Below, one piece after another: positions 29,389-39,420 of a stretch of 64,000 nt of DNA (the first letter of the stretch is position 1; each line of letters starts with the position of its first letter). The DNA lies in assembly GCA_900770635.1 (NCBI GenBank), contig CAAGLB010000078.1, positions 59,857 to 123,856 on the forward strand. Direction: 5' to 3'. The translations under genes and the position numbers were made by a program. The notes under the pieces were generated by a model. The model was not told the DNA's origin. It searched no databases and was given only the letters and a program-made list of their open reading frames with translations. Source of the stretch: an uncultured Alistipes sp. (GTDB taxonomy: Bacteria > Bacteroidota > Bacteroidia > Bacteroidales > Rikenellaceae).

Positions 29389-30222
29389 ATGGATAAGAAT
29401 AGTAACAAATCTCAGATAAATATGGGCTCTCGGCTATCAACCGAGCATCGTCGCTACGCACGTATCGACCTGGGCAACACACGCAAGGAGAGCATCGGCG
29501 AGTGGCTATTCAACCATCGTGTAGGTCTGCTCGTAGTTTTTGCCGTGTTCGTACTCTCGGGAACGGTGCTCGCCACAGCGAGCTACCATGTTGAGCGCAC
29601 CGACATCGAATATATCATAGAGATTGTGCCCGAGGAGATGGTCAAGGAGGAGGCTCCAGAAACCCAGCCTACTGACTTAGCCGAGGAGCTATACCAGCGC
29701 ATGGAGAATGTGCGTAACACGATATCGAACGACGCTGCACAGCACGAAGCATCATCGGGAAGTTCGGACATTGACAAGGAGATAGAGCAGATACTCAACG
29801 ATGCTATGCAAGGCGCTGACTCGCAATCATCTATTGACAAGGGTGCAACATCGGTTGCGGGCGAAGGCGAGAGCGGCACGGGTGGTGGCAACGACAAGGG
29901 CGACTCGAAAAGCGAGAACGACAAGGCGGGCAAGTATCATGGTACATGCACTGTGAACTACTGCTTCACCGATCCTGTGCGCAACCACAAAAGCCTATAT
30001 ATCCCCGCCTACACAGCACGTGGTGGCGGCGTTGTGGTGCTCGACGTAACACTCGACCGCAATGGGGCAGTCACCAATGCACGAGTGGCATCGTCGACAA
30101 ATTCGAGCCTCAACCAGATAGCAATACAGGCTGCACGCAACTATAAGACACGATTCAACATCGATGGCTCGGCACCTGCATCGCACAAGGGCACGATAAC
30201 ATATACGTTTGTAGCACAGTGA
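29389..30222 (+). CDS. TonB-family energy-transducer-like protein (N-terminal TM anchor, acidic linker, TonB-C-like domain)
   Basis: TM LLVVFAVFVLSGTVLATA. D/E/S-rich linker. The C-terminal 90 aa (GGGVVVLDVTLDRNGAVTNARVASSTNSSLNQIAIQAARNYK..F) fit the TonB C-terminal fold. TATTTTTG -7 motif at 29362-29369. Confidence 0.55.
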   Translation: MDKNSNKSQINMGSRLSTEHRRYARIDLGNTRKESIGEWLFNHRVGLLVVFAVFVLSGTVLATASYHVERTDIEYIIEIVPEEMVKEEAPETQPTDLAEELYQRMENVRNTISNDAAQHEASSGSSDIDKEIEQILNDAMQGADSQSSIDKGATSVAGEGESGTGGGNDKGDSKSENDKAGKYHGTCTVNYCFTDPVRNHKSLYIPAYTARGGGVVVLDVTLDRNGAVTNARVASSTNSSLNQIAIQAARNYKTRFNIDGSAPASHKGTITYTFVAQ

Positions 30223-30690
30223 TAAATAGGCATATAACATCTTTTCGCACCCTCATTCTTACGGTTGTGATGCTGCTTAGTTTTAGCGTTAAGCTATCTG
30301 CAACATCGCAGTTAAAGTTTGAGGCAAACAGCTACACCCCTACCACTCACACCGAAGATAAGACAACACCCAAATTTGAGCTTAGGACACCCTGTTCGGC
30401 ACTAAGCCTAAGTTCGGAGAGCTCGCAAGGCATATCGCCCATTGTGCGCACCCTGCCACGAACACTGCGCACAACATACCGCATAGTACATAACAGCGCT
30501 GCGATACGCTCGATAGACTCGACGACCGCAGCCCACAGATATGGATTGTATAACCATAAAATATTGTTCTACGCTCATCCTCGCCACTACTACCTTAATG
30601 GCCTGATGAGGCTTATTATTTAGCCGCTGAAAGTAGATAAGCCCTACTTCTAAATAACTAATATTAAGCTAAATACAGAACAAAAAAATT

Positions 30691-31194
30691 ATGAATACAG
30701 ATAATATCTGCAAGGCATTGTATGCCTTGCCTGGAGGTGTTGTTACATCTCGCCGCCAATCGTTGACTACCCCAATCATGATTGCCGTAGTTGGCATCGC
30801 TCTTTTGGTTATTAACTACGCTATGCTCAGCGAAGCTCCCGAGAGCTTGTCGATGCTGATGCTAACCGTTGGCATTGGACTGCTGCTCTATGGCTCACTC
30901 GTCGTTGTTATGCGCCAGATAAGCCCCAAGCAGGTGCCATACGACAACCGCTCGCATAGCTACTTTAAGTACAAAGAGCGCTACTTCGAACGTGAGCTTG
31001 TAGCACCACTACAGCAGGCATTGGGACGTGGCGACACGGCAGCCATCGACGAGATGCCAACAACAAACATTGCAGCAATAACCCTCGTGGAGTATCGCTC
31101 GAAGAGTGGCATCAGAGCATACTGCCTCTACGAATATGGCGAGAGCGAGTATCGGCCACTCGGCAAACCAACAATATTGGGCTACGAGGCGTAA
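30691..31194 (+). CDS. Hypothetical membrane protein
   Basis: 167 aa with two predicted TM helices. No recognisable family. Confidence 0.4.
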   Translation: MNTDNICKALYALPGGVVTSRRQSLTTPIMIAVVGIALLVINYAMLSEAPESLSMLMLTVGIGLLLYGSLVVVMRQISPKQVPYDNRSHSYFKYKERYFERELVAPLQQALGRGDTAAIDEMPTTNIAAITLVEYRSKSGIRAYCLYEYGESEYRPLGKPTILGYEA

Positions 31195-31238
31195 CATATT
31201 GTAAACAACGTAATTAAAAACCGAAAACATAATATACT

Positions 31239-32747
31239 ATGAACGACGGAGGCATACTTTTCAACCAAGAGAACTTCTTACTCGTAGGAGCTATGTTGCT
31301 CTTTGTAGCTGTGCTCGCTGGCAAGGCAGCATATAGGCTCGGAGCACCCGCCCTGCTGCTATTCTTGGGTGTAGGAATGTTGTTTGGCTACAACGATTTT
31401 GTGGCTTTCGACTCTGCAATGTTTGCCCAGTTCATAGGCATGATAGCGATGTGTATCATTCTCTTCACAGGAGGTATGGACACACAGTTTTCGGAGATCA
31501 AACCCGTCATGGCACCCGGCATAGCTATGGCTACGGTGGGTGTCATGCTTACGGCAGCCTTGGTGGGATGTTTCATCTACTTCTTAGCACCACACTTAGG
31601 CGTCGAGCTAAGCCTCAGCGTGGCGTTGCTCATAGCAGCGACAATGTCGTCAACCGACTCAGCATCAGTATTTTCGATACTACGTTCGAAGAAACAAGGA
31701 TTGCAAGAGAACCTACGTCCGCTGCTCGAGCTCGAGAGCGGTAGTAACGATCCTATGGCCTACATCCTGACCATCGTTCTTGTGGGCATAGTGTCGGATG
31801 GCAGCTCGGTAGATTGGTTGGAGGCGGTGCGAACATTCATCGTGCAGATGTTGGTGGGTGCGGGCCTTGGCTATGGCTTTGGACGCATCACGGTATGGAT
31901 CATGAACCGCATTAACATACGCAACATACCATCGCTCTACTCGGTGTTGCTGCTTGCCTGCGCCTTCTTCTCGTTCTCGTTCACTACGTTGGTATATGGC
32001 AACGGCTACTTAGCGGTCTACATCACAGGCCTTGTTGTGGGCAACTACCGCATAACATACCGCAATATGCTCGGTACGTTCTTCGACAGTTTCACATGGC
32101 TGCTGCAAATAGTACTCTTCCTACTCCTCGGACTATATGTCAATGTACACGAGCTTCTCGAGCCCGAGGTACTGTTCATGGGCCTTGGCGTCGGTCTGTT
32201 CATGATATTTGTGGCACGCCCCATCGCCTCGTGGACAACACTTATCCCATTTAGCAACTTCTCGGGTAAGGCTCGCTCATATATCTCGTGGGTGGGACTA
32301 CGTGGCGCTGTGCCCATCATCTTCGCCCTATACCCCATCACTCGTGGTGTGGAGAATGCCGACTACATCTTCAATGTGGTGTTCCTCGTGACAATAATCT
32401 CGCTCGTGGTGCAGGGCACAACGGTAAGTTCTATGGCCAACTGGCTGGGCCTCAGCTACGAGGAGCCAGAGTCTACGTTTAAGCTCACCGTGCCCGACCA
32501 TATTCGCAGCGAGTTCTCGGAGATTGGCGTTACTGCCTCGATGCTCCATCGTGGCGACACGCTCAAGGATATTCAGCTGCCAGGACACACGCTCGTAGTC
32601 ATGGTGTGCCGTGATAACAAGTACTTCGTGCCTAAGGGCTACACTCAGCTCAAGTCGGGCGATAAGCTTCTTGTGGTGTCGGACGACAACGAGGAGCTAC
32701 TCAAGAAGGTTGATGCTTTGGGCATTAAGCACGTTGTGAAGGTGTGA
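31239..32747 (+). CDS. K+/H+ (cation:proton) antiporter, CPA1 family, with C-terminal TrkA-C/RCK domain
   Basis: 502 aa. About 12 TM helices plus a soluble C-terminal domain (GDTLKDIQLPGHTLVVMVCRDNKYFVP..GDKLLVVSDD). Confidence 0.8.
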   Translation: MNDGGILFNQENFLLVGAMLLFVAVLAGKAAYRLGAPALLLFLGVGMLFGYNDFVAFDSAMFAQFIGMIAMCIILFTGGMDTQFSEIKPVMAPGIAMATVGVMLTAALVGCFIYFLAPHLGVELSLSVALLIAATMSSTDSASVFSILRSKKQGLQENLRPLLELESGSNDPMAYILTIVLVGIVSDGSSVDWLEAVRTFIVQMLVGAGLGYGFGRITVWIMNRINIRNIPSLYSVLLLACAFFSFSFTTLVYGNGYLAVYITGLVVGNYRITYRNMLGTFFDSFTWLLQIVLFLLLGLYVNVHELLEPEVLFMGLGVGLFMIFVARPIASWTTLIPFSNFSGKARSYISWVGLRGAVPIIFALYPITRGVENADYIFNVVFLVTIISLVVQGTTVSSMANWLGLSYEEPESTFKLTVPDHIRSEFSEIGVTASMLHRGDTLKDIQLPGHTLVVMVCRDNKYFVPKGYTQLKSGDKLLVVSDDNEELLKKVDALGIKHVVKV

Positions 32748-32748
32748 T

Positions 32749-32820
32749 GAGGTAAGATGGGTAAGATGAGTTTCGATGAGTTAATATGCGACGCATAGTA
32801 ACCCATATTAACACATTAGC
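32749..32820 (+). repeat. TACCCAT/GGGTAA-rich companion repeat, copy 1
   Basis: GGTAAGATGGGTAAGATGAGTTTCGATGAGTTAATATGCGACGCATAGTAACCCATATTAAC. Homologous to 54525-54650 and to the reverse-sense 48890-48990. Confidence 0.5.
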
Positions 32821-32852
32821 TCCTGACATACTGCTCGGAATCTAACAAGGGT

Positions 32853-32982
32853 AAATTTGTTGTTAGAAGGGTGCAGATGTGGCCTTGACATGAAAAAGCC
32901 CCAGATGGGCTGTACTAAAACGTACTGCCCATTTGGAGCTTTGATTGAAGGGCCGCAGATGCGCCCTTATCACAACAAATTA
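32853..32982 (+). mobile_element. MITE-like element, copy 2 (subfamily B core)
   Basis: Same TIRs, TA flanks. Internal hairpin ATGGGCTGTAC..GTACTGCCCAT followed by TTTGG. Terminal TTA equals the argR stop. Confidence 0.65.
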
Positions 32983-33444
32983 AAGGTTGCGGATTGAGGG
33001 AAACAACATATATAACTGATTCATAAGCGAATTCATGTCGAAGCCCTCACGCAGAATCAACAATATCGTATTGTCGCCAGCGATGGTTCCGAGCACCTCG
33101 GCAATGCCCTTGGCATCGATAGGCACAGATATGGCACTTGCATAGCCTGGCTTAGTGGTTATAACACACATGTTACCCGAAAAGGCGATGTCTGTGATGT
33201 TGTCTGTTACGTTCGTGGATATAGAGTGGTCGTTGCGGGTGTTGTTCGGAAGGACATATATGTAGCCCTTCTCCTTGTGAGGCACCTTGGCCACATGCAT
33301 AAACTTAAGGTCGCGCGACAATGTCGACTGTGTGATCTTCACACCGCACTCCTCAAGACGAGCTATAAGTTCCTCTTGCGACGATATAAACTCCGAGCGA
33401 ATGATTTTACGGATAAACGATAAACGTTGTGTTTTTTGATTCAT
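32980..33444 (-). CDS. argR: Arginine repressor
   Basis: 154 aa. Winged-helix N-terminus (ISSQEELIARLEECGVKITQSTLSRDLKFMHVAKV) plus ArgR C-terminal oligomerisation domain. Confidence 0.85.
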   Translation of the reverse strand: MNQKTQRLSFIRKIIRSEFISSQEELIARLEECGVKITQSTLSRDLKFMHVAKVPHKEKGYIYVLPNNTRNDHSISTNVTDNITDIAFSGNMCVITTKPGYASAISVPIDAKGIAEVLGTIAGDNTILLILREGFDMNSLMNQLYMLFPSIRNL

Positions 33445-33712
33445 ACCTTCCCACGATAGATTTTCTCATCAACGCAACATGCGTCATCAAAATTACATTA
33501 ACAGCGTACAAATTTAATATTTTTTTACGAATTTAGCAATCCACACAACATTTTTTTATCAACGGCCCTAAGTTTTATCACGGTCTGTTTAGTTTATTGC
33601 GGATAAATCATTATCTTTGCACCGACTTGCATAGCAAGCATAGTGTAAAACAGCAATAAATAACACTAAGAAAAGACTAAATTATTAATAACCAATAACT
33701 ATTTAACAGACC

Positions 33713-34966
33713 ATGAGAAAACTTTATTCGATTTTTGCGGTAGCAGTTGTGGCACTCTTTGCAGTGGGTTGCAATCCTGTAAGCCCAACACCTGACGAGC
33801 CAGAAGTGGTAATTCCAAGCGAGGTGGTATCGCCTGAGGATTTCAACATCGACATCCAGATTAAGGACATCAAGGCTAACTCGGCAGTGGCAACAGCTAC
33901 GCCTAACGGCTCTAACCGCTACTACTTCCGTGTGATCACCAAGATGGAGCTCGACGCCTTTGGCATCTACAATGACGACTACCAGATTTTTGAGTATATC
34001 ATCGAGAACCCTAACAGCGGCGACTGGATCACTGAGGGTTACACAACTCTACAGTGCTCGCTCGCTGCCGAGACCGACTATCTCGCAGTAGCCTTCAACT
34101 TCGAGAACTGGGAGGCTATGCACAATCAGGAGGTTGAGATGAAGCTCTTCCGCAAGGCGTTTACAACCCCAGAGGGCGCACAGGTAAACCCTGATGATTT
34201 GTTTGCAACATCGGACCTTGTTACCGACCACACAAACTTCAACCTCACAGTAACTCCTGCTAAGGCTGATGCTCACTGGACATACTACATCTGGACTAAG
34301 AAGTCATACGACGAGACTTTGGCAAATGAGGCTAAGGCAAACATCGTTATGCGTAGCTACTTCGGCCTTAACAACATCGCCGTAGAGCAGGGCTATGGCT
34401 TCGGCGACATCATCCAGGAGGGCAAACTTGGACACAAGGGTACTGCAACAATCTCTGCATACCAGCCTTTGAAGAACAACACCGACTACGTGGTAGTGCT
34501 ATTCTACGTGGACCCAACAACTGTTGATCCAACTTCGGTTTACGACTACAACTACGTAGCTGTTGAGTTCAAGACTAAGGAGCCATCAACAGATAATATT
34601 GCAACACTCAACGTATCGGAGCCTGTGGTTGTTAAGGACGGCTTCAAGTATAATGTTCAGTTCCTTGTTAAGACCGATGACAACGCTATTGACATGAAGG
34701 TTGGTGCACAGTTGTGGAACAACTACGACTTTGCTAAGTATTGGGATCCAAACGACTGGTCACAGATTCAGGCATTCTTCATGTTCCGCACATCGGTAGA
34801 GCCTACAACACTTGAGGCTGCAAAGACAGCTGAGGGCGCTACAGTATCATTCCCAGGCGTAGACAAGGATGATTATGTATTCTTCTTTGAGGTTATCAAC
34901 GAGGAGAATACACCAACACAGTATGCTGTACGCGTAACTCCTGATATGTTTGACAACGCACAGTAA
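33713..34966 (+). CDS. Surface lipoprotein, function unknown
   Basis: Lipobox AVGC. TATCTTTG -7 motif at 33612-33619. Confidence 0.55.
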   Translation: MRKLYSIFAVAVVALFAVGCNPVSPTPDEPEVVIPSEVVSPEDFNIDIQIKDIKANSAVATATPNGSNRYYFRVITKMELDAFGIYNDDYQIFEYIIENPNSGDWITEGYTTLQCSLAAETDYLAVAFNFENWEAMHNQEVEMKLFRKAFTTPEGAQVNPDDLFATSDLVTDHTNFNLTVTPAKADAHWTYYIWTKKSYDETLANEAKANIVMRSYFGLNNIAVEQGYGFGDIIQEGKLGHKGTATISAYQPLKNNTDYVVVLFYVDPTTVDPTSVYDYNYVAVEFKTKEPSTDNIATLNVSEPVVVKDGFKYNVQFLVKTDDNAIDMKVGAQLWNNYDFAKYWDPNDWSQIQAFFMFRTSVEPTTLEAAKTAEGATVSFPGVDKDDYVFFFEVINEENTPTQYAVRVTPDMFDNAQ

Positions 34967-34985
34967 TTTAATTTGACAAAAAACG

Positions 34986-36365
34986 ATGAAGAAGTTTTTT
35001 AGCATATTCGCAGTCATGGCCCTCGCCCTTGGCTTTGCAGCCTGCGAGGAGCCTACAGTAGAGCCACAGCCCGAGGCTAAGAAGCCTACGCTTGCGGCCG
35101 ACAAGAGCGAGATTGTGGCTAATGGTGCCGACAAGGTGACATTCACCGCAACTGTTGATGGCGTTGAGAATGCCGAGATTATGATTATCTCGCTCAAAGA
35201 CAACTCGGTGCTTAACGACAATACCTTCACCACAACAACACCTGGCACATACGAGTTCAAGGCTGTCTATGGCAACGAGTCATCAGACGTAGTGGAGATT
35301 ACGGCTACCGAGACCGAGAAGATCATCTTGCTCGAGGCCGACAAGAGCGAAATTTTGGCTGACAACACCGAGAGCGTGACATTCACCGTTAAGGTTGATG
35401 GCGCAGAGGTTAGCGAGGGTTACGAGATTATTAACCTCAACTACAGCGCTGCATTGGAGGCCAACACCTTTGTTTCTGACATAGCTGGCGAGTTCAAGTT
35501 CCAGGCTAAGTACGATGGTAAGTGGCTATCGAACGAGGTTACCATCACAGCTAAGGCTGTGGAGAAGCCTGTGGAGAAGGAGCTCAAAATTAAAGCAACG
35601 CCTAACCGCATCAAAGCAGATGGCTCGGAGGAGGCTGTCTTCACAGTATTGTACGGTGAGGATGACGTAACTGCCGATGCTGAGATCTACAACACCGCTA
35701 CACAGGAGGTTATCGAGAGCAAGAAGTTCTCGTCAACAACCATCGGCTCATACAACTTCCGTGCTCGCTACAACGGCAAGACTACTGGCGTGAGCGCCAC
35801 TGTCGAGGTCTACGATCCAGCGCTCGCTGGCAAGTATGAGCTTGGCACAATCCTCGAGTTCAGCGGCTCGAAGGGTGTTCTCTACGCCATCAAGACCGAC
35901 AAGAACGGCATTACATGGGGCTACCTATTCTCGATGGACGAGGAGGACTTGCAGTGGTCAACAAAGTATGAGTGGTGCAACTGCATCAGCGACAAGGGTG
36001 CTTGGAACACATACGATCCATTCAACTACTACGGCATGGATATCAACAACTACCCAGCATTTAAGTGGTGTATGGAGCATGGTGATGACTGGTTCTTGCC
36101 TTCATCAAAGGAACTTAATTGGATGTGGGAGGCTATTACCGAAGGTGCTCGCGACTTCAACGCACCATCAGTAGCAAAGTATAACAAGCTTCTTACCGAC
36201 AATGGCGGCGAGCCATTCGTTGAGACCTACTATTGGTCGTCAAACGAGACATCAGATGATTTGATCGAGGTTATCGCCTTTATGGACGACAGCGTAGTAT
36301 GTCTTGATCCTGCTAAGGATAACGTATACACTGCACGTGCAGTTTATCGCTTCCAGGTAGAGTAA
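34986..36365 (+). CDS. Surface lipoprotein with three Big-2-like Ig repeats and a C-terminal DUF1566-like domain
   Basis: Lipobox GFAAC. Three about 90-aa repeats (ADKSEIVANGADKVTFTATVDGV.. / ADKSEILADNTESVTFTVKVDGA.. / KATPNRIKADGSEEAVFTVLYGE). C-terminal W..LPS.KEL..MW motif. Confidence 0.6.
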   Translation: MKKFFSIFAVMALALGFAACEEPTVEPQPEAKKPTLAADKSEIVANGADKVTFTATVDGVENAEIMIISLKDNSVLNDNTFTTTTPGTYEFKAVYGNESSDVVEITATETEKIILLEADKSEILADNTESVTFTVKVDGAEVSEGYEIINLNYSAALEANTFVSDIAGEFKFQAKYDGKWLSNEVTITAKAVEKPVEKELKIKATPNRIKADGSEEAVFTVLYGEDDVTADAEIYNTATQEVIESKKFSSTTIGSYNFRARYNGKTTGVSATVEVYDPALAGKYELGTILEFSGSKGVLYAIKTDKNGITWGYLFSMDEEDLQWSTKYEWCNCISDKGAWNTYDPFNYYGMDINNYPAFKWCMEHGDDWFLPSSKELNWMWEAITEGARDFNAPSVAKYNKLLTDNGGEPFVETYYWSSNETSDDLIEVIAFMDDSVVCLDPAKDNVYTARAVYRFQVE

Positions 36366-36387
36366 TAAAAATACCAAAAGTTTCAAG

Positions 36388-36424
36388 ACGGGGTGTCAGA
36401 CGATGACACTCCGTTTTGTTTTTA
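36388..36424 (+). terminator. Rho-independent terminator
   Basis: Stem ACGGGGTGTCA/TGACACTCCGT followed by TTTGTTTTT. Confidence 0.65.
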
Positions 36425-36449
36425 ATAGGTTTATCCCTATCTTTGCACT

Positions 36450-37385
36450 ATGAAAAAGTCGGAATTTGGATTTATTGGCGATATAGCCACAATGTTTGGT
36501 GCACTACCCCACTCGGGCTTCGAGCCTATTGGCGACGACTGCACGGTGCTACCTATGGGCGATGAGGCGTTGGTGATGACCACCGACATGCTCATCGAGG
36601 ATGTTCACTTCTTGCGCTTCGCATCGTCAGCCGAGGAGGTGGGCAACAAGAGCCTCATGGTAAACATCTCAGATGTGGCGGCTATGGGCGCTAAGCCTGT
36701 GGCTACGCTCCTAAGTATCGCCCTACCCGAGTCGGCACAGGGCGAATGGGCCGAGCACTTCATGCGTGGCTACTACGAGGCATCAGAGCGTGAGGGTGTA
36801 GCATTGGTTGGTGGCGACACCACAGCCTCTAAAGATAAGATTGCTATTAACGTGGTGGCGATAGGACGTGCTCCATTGGCAAATATCAAGCGCCGTAGCG
36901 ATGCTAAGGTGGGTGACGTTGTGGCAGTTACTGGCAAGCTCGGCACATCATCAAAGGGATTGGTTGACATAATGTTTGGCGACCTTAACACCTCGGCAGC
37001 AAAGATACATCGACGTGGTCAGGCACGCACAGCGGAGGGAGCATGGCTCGGCACACGCAGCGAGGTGCACGCCATGATGGACATCTCTGACGGCATAGCC
37101 TCGGACATCAAGCATATCATGGAGCTATCGAAGGTGGGCGCTGAGATACGCCTCGAAAAGATACCCACAGACTACGACATACGCTTTGCCACGACGGGTG
37201 GCGAAGATTACGAATTGCTACTTACTGTAGATAGTGCCTCATTCGACATCGTTGCCGAGGAGCTATACAAGGCTACGGGGACAACGCTCACGGCAATAGG
37301 CACAATAACCGAGGGTGACACACTATCGTGGCTCGATAATGGTGCACCCACAGAGCTTGAATTAAAGGGATTTACGCACTTTTAG
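36450..37385 (+). CDS. thiL: Thiamine-monophosphate kinase
   Basis: AIR-synthase-related fold. N-terminal DDCTVLPMGDEALVMTTDMLIEDVHF matches ThiL. A TATCTTTG -7 motif at 36438-36445 suggests a near-leaderless transcript. Confidence 0.8.
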   Translation: MKKSEFGFIGDIATMFGALPHSGFEPIGDDCTVLPMGDEALVMTTDMLIEDVHFLRFASSAEEVGNKSLMVNISDVAAMGAKPVATLLSIALPESAQGEWAEHFMRGYYEASEREGVALVGGDTTASKDKIAINVVAIGRAPLANIKRRSDAKVGDVVAVTGKLGTSSKGLVDIMFGDLNTSAAKIHRRGQARTAEGAWLGTRSEVHAMMDISDGIASDIKHIMELSKVGAEIRLEKIPTDYDIRFATTGGEDYELLLTVDSASFDIVAEELYKATGTTLTAIGTITEGDTLSWLDNGAPTELELKGFTHF

Positions 37386-38826
37386 ACCTAAGCTCACGAA
37401 GAAGAGTAACGGCCTCGTTAAAGGCACGAAGGCGGAAGGTATAGGCCAGGGCGGCATAGGAGATAGCGCCGATAGCAACATCGGCCACGAGGTGTGCTCC
37501 GCACGACAACGCCGACAGCAGAGGGTTAAGAGTATGGAGGGCTGCAAACATGGCAACAGCAACAAATAGTTGCGGCATGAGAGCACGAAGAACTGAGCCC
37601 ACACCAATATTTAAATAGCGCATGGCTGCTGCGAGATTTACAATAAAATCTACGGTAGCCATCGTTGTCATACCCCAAGCCACAGCCGTGATGCCCTGAG
37701 GGATAGTGATGGCAAGTATGATGGTCATGACGATGCGCTTAACGACTTCCAAGCGTAGGATAACACGTCCGTCGCTCTTTACCTTTATTATATTATAGGA
37801 AACAGCGGCCAGAGGATAGAACAAGCCCGAGAGCGCCAAGATCTTGAAATAGGGAACTGTGGGCATCCACTTGTCGCCAAGCAACAGCATAAACATCTCG
37901 GGGGCAATAGCCACAAAGCCGAGCATAAGGGGGAATAAGACAAACGACAAGAGGTTGATAATGCGCAGATAGCCCGCAGCAAACTTATCGCTCGAGTCAG
38001 CAATCTTGGCAAGAGCAGGATATGTCACACCCTGCACCGCCTGCACCGACGATGTCACGGGCAGGTCCTTGAGCTTCTGCGCCTGCGAGTAGAAGCCGAG
38101 CGAATGCGCCGAATATATCTTACCGATAAATAGCTGAGCTACATTATTATACACAGCCGATATTAGATCAGTAGCAAGCAGACGTAGGCTAAAGGGTGCC
38201 ATGCTACGTAGTAGCGCTATACTGAAGCGCTCCGTACTACGCCAACGACGTATCCACCAGAAAGCCGCCGCCTTAATGCCCATCATAAGGAGTCGCTGTG
38301 CCACGAGCGACCAGATGCCACACCCAGCAAGCGCCATGACCACAGCTATAATACCGCTAATAAGCGATGAGGCAAATACAATTTTTGAGAGGAGCGCAAA
38401 CCTAAACTCACGGGTAAACATCACCGTCTGCACCACACATAGCGAGTTGATAGGCAGCACCAAAAACAACACAGGGGCTATAGTTGCTATGATAGGCTGC
38501 TCGTAGAACGATGCCAAGGGATAGGCCAGCGCAACGAGCACAACATACAACACAACAGACATAGCCACATTGAAGCCGAGCACCGAGCGATACTCGCCAT
38601 CAGTGGGGTTCTCCTTGCGAATGAGCGTCTGCGAGAAGCCACTATCTACAATCGTGAGAGCGACGGAGGTAAAGAACGTTAGGATAGCCATCACGCCAAA
38701 GTCGGCAGGGGCAAGCTGGCGAGCAACTATGATGCTGACGACCATCTGCACGACCATCGAAAGGAGCTTCTCGGAAAAGCTCCAAGCAACACCGCTCACC
38801 ACCCTATGTTCCAACTTCTCGGCCAT
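37372..38826 (-). CDS. Polysaccharide/oligosaccharide flippase (Wzx/MOP superfamily)
   Basis: 484 aa with about 12-14 TM helices. 14-nt convergent overlap with thiL. Confidence 0.65.
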   Translation of the reverse strand: MAEKLEHRVVSGVAWSFSEKLLSMVVQMVVSIIVARQLAPADFGVMAILTFFTSVALTIVDSGFSQTLIRKENPTDGEYRSVLGFNVAMSVVLYVVLVALAYPLASFYEQPIIATIAPVLFLVLPINSLCVVQTVMFTREFRFALLSKIVFASSLISGIIAVVMALAGCGIWSLVAQRLLMMGIKAAAFWWIRRWRSTERFSIALLRSMAPFSLRLLATDLISAVYNNVAQLFIGKIYSAHSLGFYSQAQKLKDLPVTSSVQAVQGVTYPALAKIADSSDKFAAGYLRIINLLSFVLFPLMLGFVAIAPEMFMLLLGDKWMPTVPYFKILALSGLFYPLAAVSYNIIKVKSDGRVILRLEVVKRIVMTIILAITIPQGITAVAWGMTTMATVDFIVNLAAAMRYLNIGVGSVLRALMPQLFVAVAMFAALHTLNPLLSALSCGAHLVADVAIGAISYAALAYTFRLRAFNEAVTLLRELRSKSA

Positions 38827-38829
38827 AGG

Positions 38830-39246
38830 CTAACCTACAAAATACTGAATAGCAAGATCATACGACCTTAGACCGAAGCCCATGATTGTGCCTACGGCCT
38901 TGGGGGCAATCATCGACACATGGCGAAACTCCTCACGACTAAGGATTGAGGATATGTGCACCTCGACAACAGACGTAGCGATAGCTGCCACAGCATCGTG
39001 CAGCACCACAGAGGTATGGGTATATCCTCCTGCGTTGAGCACAACACCATCGTAGCGTCCATCGCTCTCCTGAAGCTTTGTCACAAGCTCACCCTCGACA
39101 TTCGACTGGTAGTAGTCGATAGTATGCTCCGAATAACGTGCACGAAGAGCCTCGAGGTAGTCCTCGAAGCTCTCGTGTCCGTATATCTCAGGTTGGCGAC
39201 GCCCCAACAAGTTGAGGTTCGCACCGTTGATAATCAAAATTTTCAT
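38830..39246 (-). CDS. aroQ: Type II 3-dehydroquinate dehydratase
   Basis: 138 aa. MKILIINGANLNLLGRRQPEIYG and the HISSILSREEFRH region are typical of AroQ. Confidence 0.85.
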   Translation of the reverse strand: MKILIINGANLNLLGRRQPEIYGHESFEDYLEALRARYSEHTIDYYQSNVEGELVTKLQESDGRYDGVVLNAGGYTHTSVVLHDAVAAIATSVVEVHISSILSREEFRHVSMIAPKAVGTIMGFGLRSYDLAIQYFVG

Positions 39247-39290
39247 CGCCTAAAAATTTAGCGAAAATTTAGCACCTAGATTAGCGCACT

Positions 39291-39420
39291 AATTTCTTGT
39301 TAGAAGGCATTAGATACAACGCTCGGCGAAATTGGTGTCGATGGGCTGTACTTGAGCGTACTGCCCATTGACAACATATTTCGTTAGCGGCAGTAGATGA
39401 TGCCTTATCACAATAAATTA
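39291..39420 (+). mobile_element. MITE-like element, copy 3
   Basis: TIR variants AATTTCTTGTTAGAAGG ... CCTTATCACAATAAATT, TA flanks. Internal GGGCTGTAC..GTACTGCCC hairpin. Terminal TTA equals the buk stop. Confidence 0.6.
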
